From assembly GCA_965222615.1 (NCBI GenBank), contig CBDCUI010000009.1, positions 480,001 through 544,000 on the forward strand: 64,000 nt of DNA, read 5' to 3'. This DNA is from Gammaproteobacteria bacterium. Its GTDB lineage: Bacteria > Pseudomonadota > Gammaproteobacteria > UBA4575. A model generated the notes under the pieces. The model was not told the DNA's origin, did not search any database, and was given only the letters and a program-made list of their open reading frames with translations. A program made the translations under genes and the position numbers. This document shows positions 20,546-30,296 of the stretch, piece after piece (the first letter of the stretch is position 1; the number at the start of each line of letters is the position of its first letter).

Positions 20546-21568
20546 ATGAAATATTCTTACAAAAAGCTAAACAAAATAGCTCTTCTATTATTTTTATTTT
20601 TATTTACTACAAATGTATATGCGGGCCATGGTGAAAACAGTCCACGCATATGTACTAAAACTGCAAAATTTTTGAAATCTGCATGCGATCTTGAAGTAAA
20701 CAATTCCTATTTATCAGGTCTTGCTATTTGCTTGAATATAACTGACGAAGAACAGCGCGGTGATTGCTTCAAAGAGTCAAGAATAGCGCAACGTGAAGCA
20801 CGCAAAGAATGTCGCCAAGTTTTACGCGCGCGTAAAAGTTTGTGTAGGGATATCGGGCAGGACCCATATGATCCACCATTTGGTGAGGATTTTGCTGATA
20901 ACTTTGTAAATCCGCTTGAAATTGGCAAGACTATTTCTGCAAACCCATACTTTCCTCTTGTAACAGGAAACCAATGGGTATACGAAGGAACCAGTATCAA
21001 CGATGAGGGTGAAGAGGAAACAGAAACCATTACGGTAACAGTTACGGACAAAACTAAACTCATCGATGGAATAACTTGTGTTGTTGTTAATGACGTTGCA
21101 GTTGTTGATGGTGAAGTTGTCGAAAATACTGACGATTGGTATGCACAAGATATCGATGGAAATGTTTGGTACTGTGGTGAAATCGCAGAAAACTTTGAAA
21201 CATTTGACGGTGACGAACCTGCATTACCCGAACTTACAGATATTGATGGCTCCTGGAAGGCCGGCCGAGATGGTGCCAAAGCCGGCATTCTTTTGCCTTT
21301 TTTACCACAAGTTGGTGAAGTTATCCGTCAAGAAGTAGCATGGGGTGATGCTGAAGATGTCATAGAAATCCTTTCTTTAGATGGAACAGAGTCTTCGCCT
21401 GTTGCATCTTGTGATAGTAGTTGCTTGGTTACACGTGATTTCACACCTCTAGATTCTACTGCTAACGAAAGTAAGTTTTATGTTCCTGGTGTTGGGTTAA
21501 TTGTAGAAATAGATCTCAATACCGGTGAACGTAAAGTTGAACTCATAGAGTTTACTAACTCACAATAA
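20546..21568 (+). CDS. Secreted acidic hypothetical protein with Cys-rich N-terminal domain
   Basis: Signal peptide ending VYA; six Cys in the first 100 aa; NPYFPL...DWYAQDIDGNVWYCGE...GSWKAG domain; GGAG RBS. Confidence 0.8.
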   Translation: MKYSYKKLNKIALLLFLFLFTTNVYAGHGENSPRICTKTAKFLKSACDLEVNNSYLSGLAICLNITDEEQRGDCFKESRIAQREARKECRQVLRARKSLCRDIGQDPYDPPFGEDFADNFVNPLEIGKTISANPYFPLVTGNQWVYEGTSINDEGEEETETITVTVTDKTKLIDGITCVVVNDVAVVDGEVVENTDDWYAQDIDGNVWYCGEIAENFETFDGDEPALPELTDIDGSWKAGRDGAKAGILLPFLPQVGEVIRQEVAWGDAEDVIEILSLDGTESSPVASCDSSCLVTRDFTPLDSTANESKFYVPGVGLIVEIDLNTGERKVELIEFTNSQ

Positions 21569-21585
21569 TATTTACTACTTGAGCA

Positions 21586-21613
21586 TGGTAGTGGAGCTGT
21601 TACTCCACTACCA
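21586..21613. terminator. Perfect 11-bp stem-loop after ORF 20546 (possible terminator or stabiliser; no U-tract)
   Basis: TGGTAGTGGAG-CTGTTA-CTCCACTACCA. Confidence 0.45.
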
Positions 21614-21637
21614 ACCCTTAAGCTAAGTAATATCAAA

Positions 21638-22594
21638 ATGACTGGAAGCCATCAATTGGATCTTTCAGTAATAATACCCAGCTTTAACTATGCAGAGTTT
21701 ATTGAAACCGCAATTAATTCAGTCATTGATCAAGCCTATAATGCAAAAGAAATAATTGTAGTCGATGATGGCTCTACAGATAATACCAAAGAAATTATAA
21801 AACAATTACAAGATAAGTATTCCAAAAACAATATTAAATATTTTTTCCAAAATAATAAGGGTGTATCTGCAGCACGTAATTATGGTTACAAAAAATCAAA
21901 TAGTAAATATTTAATGTTCTTGGATGCAGATGATAAGTTGCTTCCAGATGCATTTGTGAAAATCTATTTGGGAATTAATACTAATAAAGAAGCAGATATG
22001 ATTTTTGGTGGCTATCGTGGAATAAATTATAGTGGAAAAATATACAAGCGATACCCATCAAAGTTAAGTATAAACAAGTTCGAAAATATAGACGACGTTC
22101 TTAATGGAAGGATGGCAGGTATTAGGCCAAGCTCAACCATATTAAAACGGTGTGTATTGGATAAATTAAATTTTCCAGAACAAGTGCATGTAGAAGAAGA
22201 TGCTTTATTTTTTGCACATGTATTTGCTAATTTCAAGTGCATCTCAATACCAGAAATTTTAGTGGAAATGCCGAGACATTTGGGAAGTCTACGTGAGAAC
22301 TATAAGCGTATCTTAGAATCTGGAACACATGGCATTGACGAGCTTTTCGATAAATTACCAAATAACGATACGGCTAAAATTATTAAACAACGTGTATATA
22401 TGAGGCGATATCTGAAAATTGCACGAAAAGCCTGCATTTCCCATGACTATAAAATTGCTACGCAAAACTATATACATGCATTTCAGCTAAACCCAAACTC
22501 TATCCTCAACACTAAGCATTTTCCTAGAATGATAAAAAGTATATTAATGAATTTCATAAAATTGCCCATAGTCACTGAAAGACAACATAACTAA
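21638..22594 (+). CDS. Glycosyltransferase family 2
   Basis: SVIIPSFN, IIVVDDGSTD, NKGVSAARN, FLDADD. Confidence 0.92.
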   Translation: MTGSHQLDLSVIIPSFNYAEFIETAINSVIDQAYNAKEIIVVDDGSTDNTKEIIKQLQDKYSKNNIKYFFQNNKGVSAARNYGYKKSNSKYLMFLDADDKLLPDAFVKIYLGINTNKEADMIFGGYRGINYSGKIYKRYPSKLSINKFENIDDVLNGRMAGIRPSSTILKRCVLDKLNFPEQVHVEEDALFFAHVFANFKCISIPEILVEMPRHLGSLRENYKRILESGTHGIDELFDKLPNNDTAKIIKQRVYMRRYLKIARKACISHDYKIATQNYIHAFQLNPNSILNTKHFPRMIKSILMNFIKLPIVTERQHN

Positions 22595-23313
22595 GGTTTA
22601 ACCATTACACAATCCATCTCAATGAGCTCTAATGAACTTTTATCACGATTCACTGGATACATTCCTGTAATTGAAAAGCCAGCATACTTACAAAACTTTA
22701 ATACCTCTTCATAAGATGGGACCTCATCATAAATAGGTTTCAAGGCGATTTCTGTTTGTATCATCTTGAATTCAGACAATACATCTTGAGCACCTTTTAA
22801 TATTTGTAGGTCATGGCCTTGTGTATCAATTTTTAATAAACAGGTGTGTATATCAACAGGAATAGACTTATTATAAATAAACTCATCTAACGTCTTCATT
22901 TCAACCCTCTCTGTTCTAACAATATCTGAATACTCACCACCGAATTGTTTACCATATTCATTGAATTCATATAATGAGGACATGTAATCGAGGTTAGAAA
23001 TAGAAAGTGTTATGGATTTAGACTTAGAGCCTAACGCACACTTATAACAATGCCAATTAGGATCTTTTTCACAGACACCAGATAATTTAGCAAAAGCCTG
23101 ACTCCCTGGTTCAATTGAATAAATTATTCCTTGATAACCATTTTTCCTTAACAACTGCGCAAACTGGCCTTTATTTGCACCGACATCAATTACCAAATCA
23201 ATCGCGTAATGTTGAATTACTTTACTGAGATGAGAACAAAGCGTGAGTTCGCAAATTTTAGGTCTTTCTAGTTCGTATCCAAACTTATTCGCAACTATTC
23301 GTGCAATATTCAT
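22591..23313 (-). CDS. FkbM-family methyltransferase
   Basis: VIDVGANKGQF, SIEP, LLKIDTQGHDLQIL; ATG at 23313 preferred over TTG at 23337. Confidence 0.9.
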   Translation of the reverse strand: MNIARIVANKFGYELERPKICELTLCSHLSKVIQHYAIDLVIDVGANKGQFAQLLRKNGYQGIIYSIEPGSQAFAKLSGVCEKDPNWHCYKCALGSKSKSITLSISNLDYMSSLYEFNEYGKQFGGEYSDIVRTERVEMKTLDEFIYNKSIPVDIHTCLLKIDTQGHDLQILKGAQDVLSEFKMIQTEIALKPIYDEVPSYEEVLKFCKYAGFSITGMYPVNRDKSSLELIEMDCVMVKP

Positions 23314-23423
23314 ATAGACAATGAATACCAATAACAAATTTATTCATTAATAAATAAAACAGATAGAATGATGATACAGCTTTTTTGAATTGAAAAACTG
23401 ATCTTGAGCTGTAATTTCTGGAA

Positions 23424-23439
23424 ATTACTAAATGGTAAT
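23424..23439. promoter_or_regulatory. ATTACC-N4-GGTAAT-type palindromic box
   Basis: ATTACTAAATGGTAAT, about 110 bp upstream of the FkbM gene. Confidence 0.55.
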
Positions 23440-23451
23440 GTTTATAACAAT

Positions 23452-23694
23452 TTATTTTATATGTTCAATTTTATTGTATAGAGAATTTAGCTCATCTTCT
23501 AGGGAACAATTGGGTCTTTGTGAACCTGCACGTTGGTACCAATAATCGGCATTGTTTAAATCGCCTTCGGCTCGATGAATATAAGCGTGTATTAAACAAG
23601 ACAACCCATCTGTATAAGGTTGAACCAGTTTATGGGCTGCTTCTAAGTGGCCATTTTTAGCTAAATTCAGTGCTTGGAAATAATCACAGGACAT
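23452..23694 (-). CDS. Small conserved hypothetical helical protein
   Basis: AAHKLVQ...IHAYIHRAEGDLNNADYWY motif; ATG at 23694 preferred over GTG at 23733. Confidence 0.7.
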   Translation of the reverse strand: MSCDYFQALNLAKNGHLEAAHKLVQPYTDGLSCLIHAYIHRAEGDLNNADYWYQRAGSQRPNCSLEDELNSLYNKIEHIK

Positions 23695-23821
23695 TGTGGG
23701 TATTAGTTTCACTCCAATCTCATTGCTATCCACGGCCTAGCCATAATTTAAAATCCTTACCATCACCGACACTCTCGATTAACGTATGGCCCCATGAAAT
23801 ATTTCTTATTTTAGGTGACAT
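23684..23821 (-). pseudogene. Remnant of an AAMDC/Mth938-domain gene
   Basis: Manual translation MSPKIRNISWGHTLIESVGDGKDFKLWLGRG*Q*DWSETNTH resembles the AAMDC N-terminus (SPxIxxxSWG...KDxKxWPGG..WDWxETxT); stops at 23726-23728 and 23720-23722; the rest of the gene is missing. Confidence 0.7.
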
Positions 23822-23831
23822 TGCTTCACTA

Positions 23832-25403
23832 TTATTTTTCCTTATCACTCTTTACAAGATCAATATCTGAACCAGATATAGTATAACTTCCAGCTTCAGC
23901 ATACATATATGTTGGACGCATGTGGGGAAATAAAATGACATCGCGGATCGAGTGTGAATCGGTGAACAACATGACTAAACGATCAATTCCTATACCTTCA
24001 CCAGCAGTAGGAGGCAATCCATACTCTAATGCGCGAATGTAATCTTCGTCATAGTGCATAGCCTCATCATCGCCAGCCTCTTTCTCTGCAACTTGTGCTC
24101 TAAAACGCTCGGCTTGGTCTTCAGGGTCATTTAATTCAGAAAAACCATTGGCGATTTCACGTCCACCTACAAAAAATTCAAAACGATCGGTTACAAATGG
24201 GTCATCATCATTTTTACGTGCTAAAGGCGACACTTCAGTCGGATAGGCTGTAATAAATGTAGGATCTTTAAGTTTTTCTTCTACCGTTTTTTCAAAGATC
24301 TCTATTTGAATTTTCCCTAATCCATAATTACCTTTTATCGGTATACCAAGTTGCTCGGCCACTATTTTAGCTTTGTCAAGATTATTCAAATCTTCTTCTG
24401 ATAAATTTGAATTAAAATGTAAAATCGATTCTTTTACCGTCATACGTGCGAATGGTTTACTGAAATCATAACTTTCCTCACCATAAACAATAGCCGTCGT
24501 ACCTAATACTTCATTGCATATACCACGCATCATTTCCTCAGTGAGATCCATTAAATCGTGATAGTCAGCATAGGCTTGATAAAATTCCAACATGGTAAAT
24601 TCTGGATTATGTCGAGTAGATAAGCCTTCGTTACGAAAACTTCGATTGATTTCAAATACGCGTTCTACTCCACCCACAACCAATCGCTTTAAATACAACT
24701 CTGGCGCAATACGCATATATAAAGGCATATCTAATGCATTGTGATGGGTAATAAACGGTCGTGCCACAGCACCGCCCGGAATCACTTGCATCATAGGAGT
24801 TTCTACTTCTACAAATCTGCGTTCAGTTAAAAAATCACGCAAGTACTGAATGATTTTTGTACGCATTACAAAAACCTTGCGTGATTCTTCGCTCATTATT
24901 AAATCTACATAACGTTGACGATAACGTTTTTCCGTATCGGTCAAACCATGAAACTTTTCTGGCAAAGGCCGTAGTGATTTAGTGAGAAGAATTGCTACTT
25001 GCATCTTTATATATAAATCACCTTTACCGGATTTATGAATTGGACCCTGTATTCCAATGATGTCGCCAATATCCCAAGTATCAATTTCTTTGACGAGATC
25101 TTTATCTAGACCTTTGCGATCAATATAGGCTTGTATACGACCCGACATATCTTGCAAAACTAAAAATGGCCCACGCTTAGCCATAATTCGACCTGCAATA
25201 GCAGCTTTTTTATCAAGTTCGACTAACTCTTCTTTGGATTTTTCAGCATATTGATCTTGTAAATCTTGCGCATAACTATCACGTCGAAAAACATTTGGAA
25301 ATGCATTTCCTTTTGCACGCAAATCATTCAGTTTTGCACGACGTTGTGCAATGAGTTTATTTTCATCAGCAGTTTGATCTTTAGTTTGATTTTTTTCTGA
25401 CAT
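23832..25403 (-). CDS. lysS: Lysine--tRNA ligase (class II)
   Basis: [51 protein letters not shown]; downstream of prfB. Confidence 0.98.
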   Translation of the reverse strand: MSEKNQTKDQTADENKLIAQRRAKLNDLRAKGNAFPNVFRRDSYAQDLQDQYAEKSKEELVELDKKAAIAGRIMAKRGPFLVLQDMSGRIQAYIDRKGLDKDLVKEIDTWDIGDIIGIQGPIHKSGKGDLYIKMQVAILLTKSLRPLPEKFHGLTDTEKRYRQRYVDLIMSEESRKVFVMRTKIIQYLRDFLTERRFVEVETPMMQVIPGGAVARPFITHHNALDMPLYMRIAPELYLKRLVVGGVERVFEINRSFRNEGLSTRHNPEFTMLEFYQAYADYHDLMDLTEEMMRGICNEVLGTTAIVYGEESYDFSKPFARMTVKESILHFNSNLSEEDLNNLDKAKIVAEQLGIPIKGNYGLGKIQIEIFEKTVEEKLKDPTFITAYPTEVSPLARKNDDDPFVTDRFEFFVGGREIANGFSELNDPEDQAERFRAQVAEKEAGDDEAMHYDEDYIRALEYGLPPTAGEGIGIDRLVMLFTDSHSIRDVILFPHMRPTYMYAEAGSYTISGSDIDLVKSDKEK

Positions 25404-25418
25404 TTTTAAACTGAATAA

Positions 25419-25547
25419 AAAAGCTCTGATTTATTAACGAAGTGGCTGCTATTAGGAAAAAAATATAGAGAAAGCGGAGTGTATATGAAGATACATGAGC
25501 ATTTCGATATATTTTTTAACAACATAGCAGATTAAATCAGAGCTTTT
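25419..25547. repeat. Nested palindromic intergenic element, copy 2 (RPE-like)
   Basis: Perfect 15-bp arms AAAAGCTCTGATTTA / TAAATCAGAGCTTTT; CTGCTAT / ATAGCAG; TAGG and AACAAC loop; AAAAAATATA / TATATTTTTT; core GCGGAGTGTATATGAAGATACATGAGC. Confidence 0.88.
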
Positions 25548-26643
25548 CTATAAACCTGACTTGAGACTAGCTTCTATAAATTTATCCAGATCACCGTCCA
25601 GTACGGCTTGCGTATTTCCCGTTTCCACCGAAGTGCGCAAATCTTTTATACGTGATTGATCCAAGACATAGGAACGAATCTGGCTGCCCCAGCCAATATC
25701 TGCTTTATTATCTTCTATTTCCTGTTGTTCTCCCTGCCTTTTTTGGATCTCCAGTTCATACAACTTTGCTTTCAATTGCTTCATTGCAACATCTTTATTC
25801 TTATGTTGCGAGCGATCATTTTGACATTGAGTCACAACACCTGTAGGCAAGTGAGTGATGCGTACTGCCGATTCTGTTTTATTAACGTGCTGCCCGCCTG
25901 CGCCACTGGCACGATACACATCGATACGCAAATCGGCAGGATTGATTTCAATATCGATATCATCGTCAATTTCAGGTGAAACAAACACCGCAGCGAATGA
26001 GGTATGTCTGCGATTCCCTGAATCGAATGGAGACTTGCGTACCAAACGATGTACTCCGGTTTCAGTCCTTAACCAGCCGAATGCATATTCTCCATCAAAT
26101 TTAATCGTAGCACTTTTAATACCGGCTACTTCACCGGGCGATACTTCTATTAATTCGGTTTTAAACCCTTTACGCTCGCCCCAGCGTAGATACATGCGCA
26201 ACAACATCTCGGCCCAATCCTGCGCCTCAGTACCGCCCGATCCAGACTGCACGTCTAAAAATGCATTATTAGGATCCATTTCGCCGGAAAACATTCGTCG
26301 AAACTCCAGAGCAGCCACTCTTTCTTCCAGCTCCGATAAATCTTTTTCAATGTCTTTTAATGTCGCCTGATCTCCCTCTTCCACGGCTAATGAAAGTAGA
26401 TCTTTGGAATCCGTTACACCACTCTCAACATCCTCGATGGTTTTTACAACTGCTTCCAGATTGGCGCGTTCTTTTCCTAGTTTTTGTGCAAGTTCTGGCT
26501 GATTCCAGATATCAGGATCCTCCAGCTCGCGACTAACTTCATCCAAACGTTCACGCTTGTTTTCGTAGTCAAAGGTACCCCCTTAAGCTGGCAGAACGGG
26601 ATTGCAAATCTTCAATTAAATTTTGTAAGGGGTTAATTTCCAT
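25548..26643 (-). CDS. prfB: Peptide chain release factor 2 (programmed +1 frameshift after codon 24)
   Basis: GGQ and SPF motifs; ATG at 26643 gives 24 codons to CTT TGA C, then the +1 frame continues [12 protein letters not shown]; 364 aa in total. Confidence 0.98.
26568..26583 (-). promoter_or_regulatory. RF2 autoregulatory +1 ribosomal frameshift site
   Basis: Minus strand reads AGGGGG-TAC-CTT-TGA-C (internal SD plus slippery CTT TGA). Confidence 0.97.
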
Positions 26644-26773
26644 TTCTTTTACCTATATATACTTATGCCTAGCTTGTAGAATGTGCGCGTATAGTAAAGT
26701 ATTTTGAACCTTAGCCATAGATGCAAAATCATTTTTAAAGGTTGGATTTGCGCATCTGACTCAAATTCAACAT

Positions 26774-28534
26774 CTATAAGTCGGCTGGTTCTAAATGCTG
26801 CACAATAAGCTGCGGAGAACGCACTCCTCTAAATTCATTAATCACAAGTTGATATGCGATTCGAATTTGGCTGACATCTTCATTCCAATGATATTTCTCG
26901 ATGTTAAAGGCAATCGCATCAATTTGTCGTTTCCCTTCACTTGGCATCAAACTTAGCTTTAAATGGTGTTGGCCTACGATGCGATGCTCAATTACATTAA
27001 AAATGCCATCAAATATAGGCTCGGGAAAACCTTGCCCCCATGGACCGGCTTGAAATAACATTTCAGCAATATCTAATGACATCTCATGTTCGTTTAGCTC
27101 TCCATCTGACAACAAAATTGCTTCTAGCTGTTCTGGCGTAACTAATTCTTCAATAGTTTGATTAAATACCGTTGCAAAATTTTCAAACTGATTTTTAGCA
27201 ATACAAAGCCCGGCTGCCATGGCATGCCCACCAAATGTTTTAATCAAGCCTGGATTGCGTGTTGCGATTAAATCTAAGGCATCACGAATATGTAGCCCTG
27301 GAATTGAACGAGCGGAACCTTTGAGCTTAGTCTCATTAGTTTGCGCAAATACAACTGTGGGACGATGAAATTTTTCTTTAATCCGTGCTGCCACAATACC
27401 ACTCACACCTTGGTGCCAGTCAGGATCGTATAATGCGATTCCAAATTGATAGTTAGCTATACCTTCAAGATTTTTTGTTTTGAGTACGTGCATTGCTTGT
27501 TTCTGCATATCTCTTTCGATTTGTTTACGCTCTTCATTTAGATCATTTAATTGTCTAGCAATCGCTGTTGCTTTAGATTCATCATCGGTGAGTAGGCATT
27601 CAATTCCCAAAGACATGTCTTCCAAGCGACCTGCGGCATTTAAACGTGGTCCTACAACAAAGCCAAGGTCACTTGCACTAACTCGTAAAAGGTTTTTTCC
27701 TGCGACACTGAGTAAAGCACGAACTCCAGCACAACATTTGTTTGCACGTATGCGTCGCAAGCCTTGTTCCACCAAAATTCGATTGTTGTAATCAAGCTTA
27801 GCTACGTCTGCCACAGTGCCTACCGCCACAATGTCTAAAAATTGCGCAAGATTCGGTTCCGCTAATTGCTTCTTTTCAAACCAACCCTTTGTACGAAGTA
27901 AAGCCCGCAGGGCCGAAAGCACATAAAACACTACCCCTACTCCAGCCAGATGCTTGCTTGGAAATTCGTCATTACGCTGATTAGGATTGATAATGACATC
28001 GGCCTCAGGTAATTCCTCGCCTGGGATGTGATGATCGGTAATTAATACATCTATACCCTTAGCTTTGGCAGCGGCAACACCCTCTATGCTGGAAATACCA
28101 TTGTCTACCGTAATGATCAGCGCTGGATTAGACTGTGCTGCCACTTCCACAATTTCTGGTGTGAGGCCATAACCATATTCAAATCGGTTGGGCACAAGAT
28201 AAGCAATATTGGAATAGCCAAAGCTATTCAATGCACGTAAGAACAAGGCCGTGCTGGTAGCTCCATCGGCATCAAAATCTCCTACAATGAGAATTAGTTG
28301 TTCATTCTGCATACATTGGTATATCAGCTTCACCCCAGCATCTACATTGAGCAACTTGCCTGGTGGTAAGGCTTTTGAAAGCGAATGATTGATTTCTTCT
28401 TCACTATTAATTCCACGCTGTGCATAAATACGCTGCAATATAGGTGGCAGTTCATTGAACTGCTCACTAATGGCAGTATCAGGGCGGCGTTTAATTGTGG
28501 TTATTTGGAATGACAAATTAAAATATAATCGCAA
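26774..28534 (-). CDS. recJ: Single-stranded-DNA-specific exonuclease RecJ
   Basis: GDFDADG, ITVDNG, TDHH, GTVADV, GPRLNAAGR, GGHAMAAG; recJ-prfB-lysS synteny; start uncertain. Confidence 0.97.
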   Translation of the reverse strand: MRLYFNLSFQITTIKRRPDTAISEQFNELPPILQRIYAQRGINSEEEINHSLSKALPPGKLLNVDAGVKLIYQCMQNEQLILIVGDFDADGATSTALFLRALNSFGYSNIAYLVPNRFEYGYGLTPEIVEVAAQSNPALIITVDNGISSIEGVAAAKAKGIDVLITDHHIPGEELPEADVIINPNQRNDEFPSKHLAGVGVVFYVLSALRALLRTKGWFEKKQLAEPNLAQFLDIVAVGTVADVAKLDYNNRILVEQGLRRIRANKCCAGVRALLSVAGKNLLRVSASDLGFVVGPRLNAAGRLEDMSLGIECLLTDDESKATAIARQLNDLNEERKQIERDMQKQAMHVLKTKNLEGIANYQFGIALYDPDWHQGVSGIVAARIKEKFHRPTVVFAQTNETKLKGSARSIPGLHIRDALDLIATRNPGLIKTFGGHAMAAGLCIAKNQFENFATVFNQTIEELVTPEQLEAILLSDGELNEHEMSLDIAEMLFQAGPWGQGFPEPIFDGIFNVIEHRIVGQHHLKLSLMPSEGKRQIDAIAFNIEKYHWNEDVSQIRIAYQLVINEFRGVRSPQLIVQHLEPADL

Positions 28535-28732
28535 ACAAAATATTCTTTCATTAAATATACTTTCTCTGGCATTCTAAACAAGATGTTGAGTCTTCAAGCA
28601 AACCTTAGAAACTAATTTAAGTGTATCTAAAATAATTAAGGATATTATGGCCTTATAGATGCTTTCTTAAGTTGTTACTTGGTTAATTATTTTCATTATT
28701 ATTGATATATAGAAATCTCTAAACTCAAAACC

Positions 28733-30148
28733 ATGGCTCAGCATATCCTTTTCTTAACCGGCAAACTGGCGGAAAAAAGTTTGCATCGCGTTTTGGAATC
28801 CATGCAGCCAACTGATTTTACCTATGAAGTTCGTCAGCTTGGTGTCAGTGTCGCGGCATTGATGACGACATCGTTGATCGAAAAGCGGCTTACTGATACT
28901 GGCAAAGCGCAAAAAATTATCATCCCAGGGCGTTGTCGGGGTGATATTGATGCCTTATCCAAATCACTGAATTTACCCGTTGAACGTGGCCCTGAAGAAT
29001 TAAAAGATCTGCCAGCCTATTTTGGACAAATTGATCGTAAAACCGACTTAAGTAAATATGCAGTACAGATATTTGCCGAGATTGTTGATGCGCCGAATAT
29101 GTCTGTTAATGAAATCATCAAACAAGCAGAAAAATACAAAGAAGATGGCGCAAATGTTATTGACTTAGGCTGTCTTCCCAGCACTGCCTTTCCCCATTTA
29201 ACTGAATCCGTTCAGGCACTCAAAGCTGAAGGTTATAAGGTAAGTGTAGATTCCCTCACGCCAAAGGATTTGGTTGCGGGCGGCAAAGCGGGGGCAGATT
29301 TTTTATTCAGTATTAGTGAAAAAACCCTTTGGATATTGGATGAAGTTGAAGCCACTCCTATTCTGATCGGGCATCCACCTTCTAATGCAAGCTCGCTCTA
29401 TCGTGCAATTGAACAATTATTAAAACAAAATCGAAGATTCATCGCCGATTCAATCTTAGATCCTATTCATTTTGGTTTCACGGAATCAATTGCGCGTTAT
29501 CGCAATTTACGCAGACGCTACCCTGAAATCGAAATGATTATGGGGATTGGTAATCTTACCGAGTTGACTCATGCAGACTCGGCCGGAACCAATGCCATAC
29601 TTCTAGGAATAGTTTCAGAATTAGAAATTCAGCATATATTGACTACCGAAGTGAGTGAACATTGTCGCTGCGCCGTGAAAGAGGCGGACTTGGCACGCCG
29701 TATTATGTATGCTGCAAGGATTGATAATATCCCCCCCAAAGGCTATGACAATGGCTTAATGGCACTACATGAACGCAAACCATTTCCCTATACACAAGAA
29801 GAAGTAAAAGAATTTGCAGCAGAAATCAAAGATCCAAATTTTCGTATTCAAGTCAGCGAGGATGGTATTCACACATATAATCGTGATGGATTGCATACTA
29901 CTACCGACCCTTATGATATTTATCCCAAATTAAACGTAGAAGATGATGGTGGACATGCTTTTTATTTAGGTATCGAACATGCTCGTGCTCAAATTGCCTG
30001 GCAGCTGGGTAAACGTTATGAACAAGATGAAGAATTAGATTGGGGGGTGGCGGTCAAAAAAGCTGAAGAGGATTTGAGTAAGCAAAAAGAAGCAGGCACC
30101 ACTCTACATACTCGAGAAGACCGAAAAAAGAAAATGAGAAAAAAATGA
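28733..30148 (+). CDS. Orf20, dihydropteroate synthase-like H4MPT biosynthesis protein (DUF6513 / pterin-binding / DUF4346)
   Basis: FLTGKLA, PGRCRGD, RGPEELKDLP, IFAEIVDAP, GNLTELT, HAFYLGIE...RYEQD. Confidence 0.88.
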   Translation: MAQHILFLTGKLAEKSLHRVLESMQPTDFTYEVRQLGVSVAALMTTSLIEKRLTDTGKAQKIIIPGRCRGDIDALSKSLNLPVERGPEELKDLPAYFGQIDRKTDLSKYAVQIFAEIVDAPNMSVNEIIKQAEKYKEDGANVIDLGCLPSTAFPHLTESVQALKAEGYKVSVDSLTPKDLVAGGKAGADFLFSISEKTLWILDEVEATPILIGHPPSNASSLYRAIEQLLKQNRRFIADSILDPIHFGFTESIARYRNLRRRYPEIEMIMGIGNLTELTHADSAGTNAILLGIVSELEIQHILTTEVSEHCRCAVKEADLARRIMYAARIDNIPPKGYDNGLMALHERKPFPYTQEEVKEFAAEIKDPNFRIQVSEDGIHTYNRDGLHTTTDPYDIYPKLNVEDDGGHAFYLGIEHARAQIAWQLGKRYEQDEELDWGVAVKKAEEDLSKQKEAGTTLHTREDRKKKMRKK

Positions 30149-30168
30149 AGCTTGTACCTAAAAAAATA

Positions 30169-30277
30169 GCGTGTTTTCCTACAAGAGTAGGTGCGATGCT
30201 TTTAAGCAGCGGTGCTTATTTATATATAAATGAGCAACGGAAAAAGGTCCGCAACGCCCTATTGGAAGAAAACCCGC
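30169..30277. repeat. Nested palindromic intergenic element, degenerate copy 3
   Basis: Arms GCGTGTTTTCCTACAAGAG (30169-30187) / CTATTGGAAGAAAACCCGC (30259-30277), 15 of 19 complementary; TAGG (30188) and AACGCC (30253) loop; central hairpin TGCTTATTTAT-AT-ATAAATGAGCA. Confidence 0.65.
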
Positions 30278-30296
30278 ATTTTGGGAGGTGCAAATA

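Noticed and set aside
20707-21288. Long antisense ORFs (also 25855-26370, 55112-55606, 62137-62655 and many shorter ones)
   Set aside because: They lie opposite well-supported genes, have Ser/Pro/Ile-rich shadow composition and show no motifs.
25548-26643. prfB as a frameshifted pseudogene
   Set aside because: The break is the canonical programmed frameshift.
26719-26757. Imperfect hairpin AGATGCAAAATC...GATTTGCGCATCT between recJ and prfB as a fourth repeat copy
   Set aside because: Lacks the TAGG/AAC loop and the TGAG core; at most a weak terminator-like stem.
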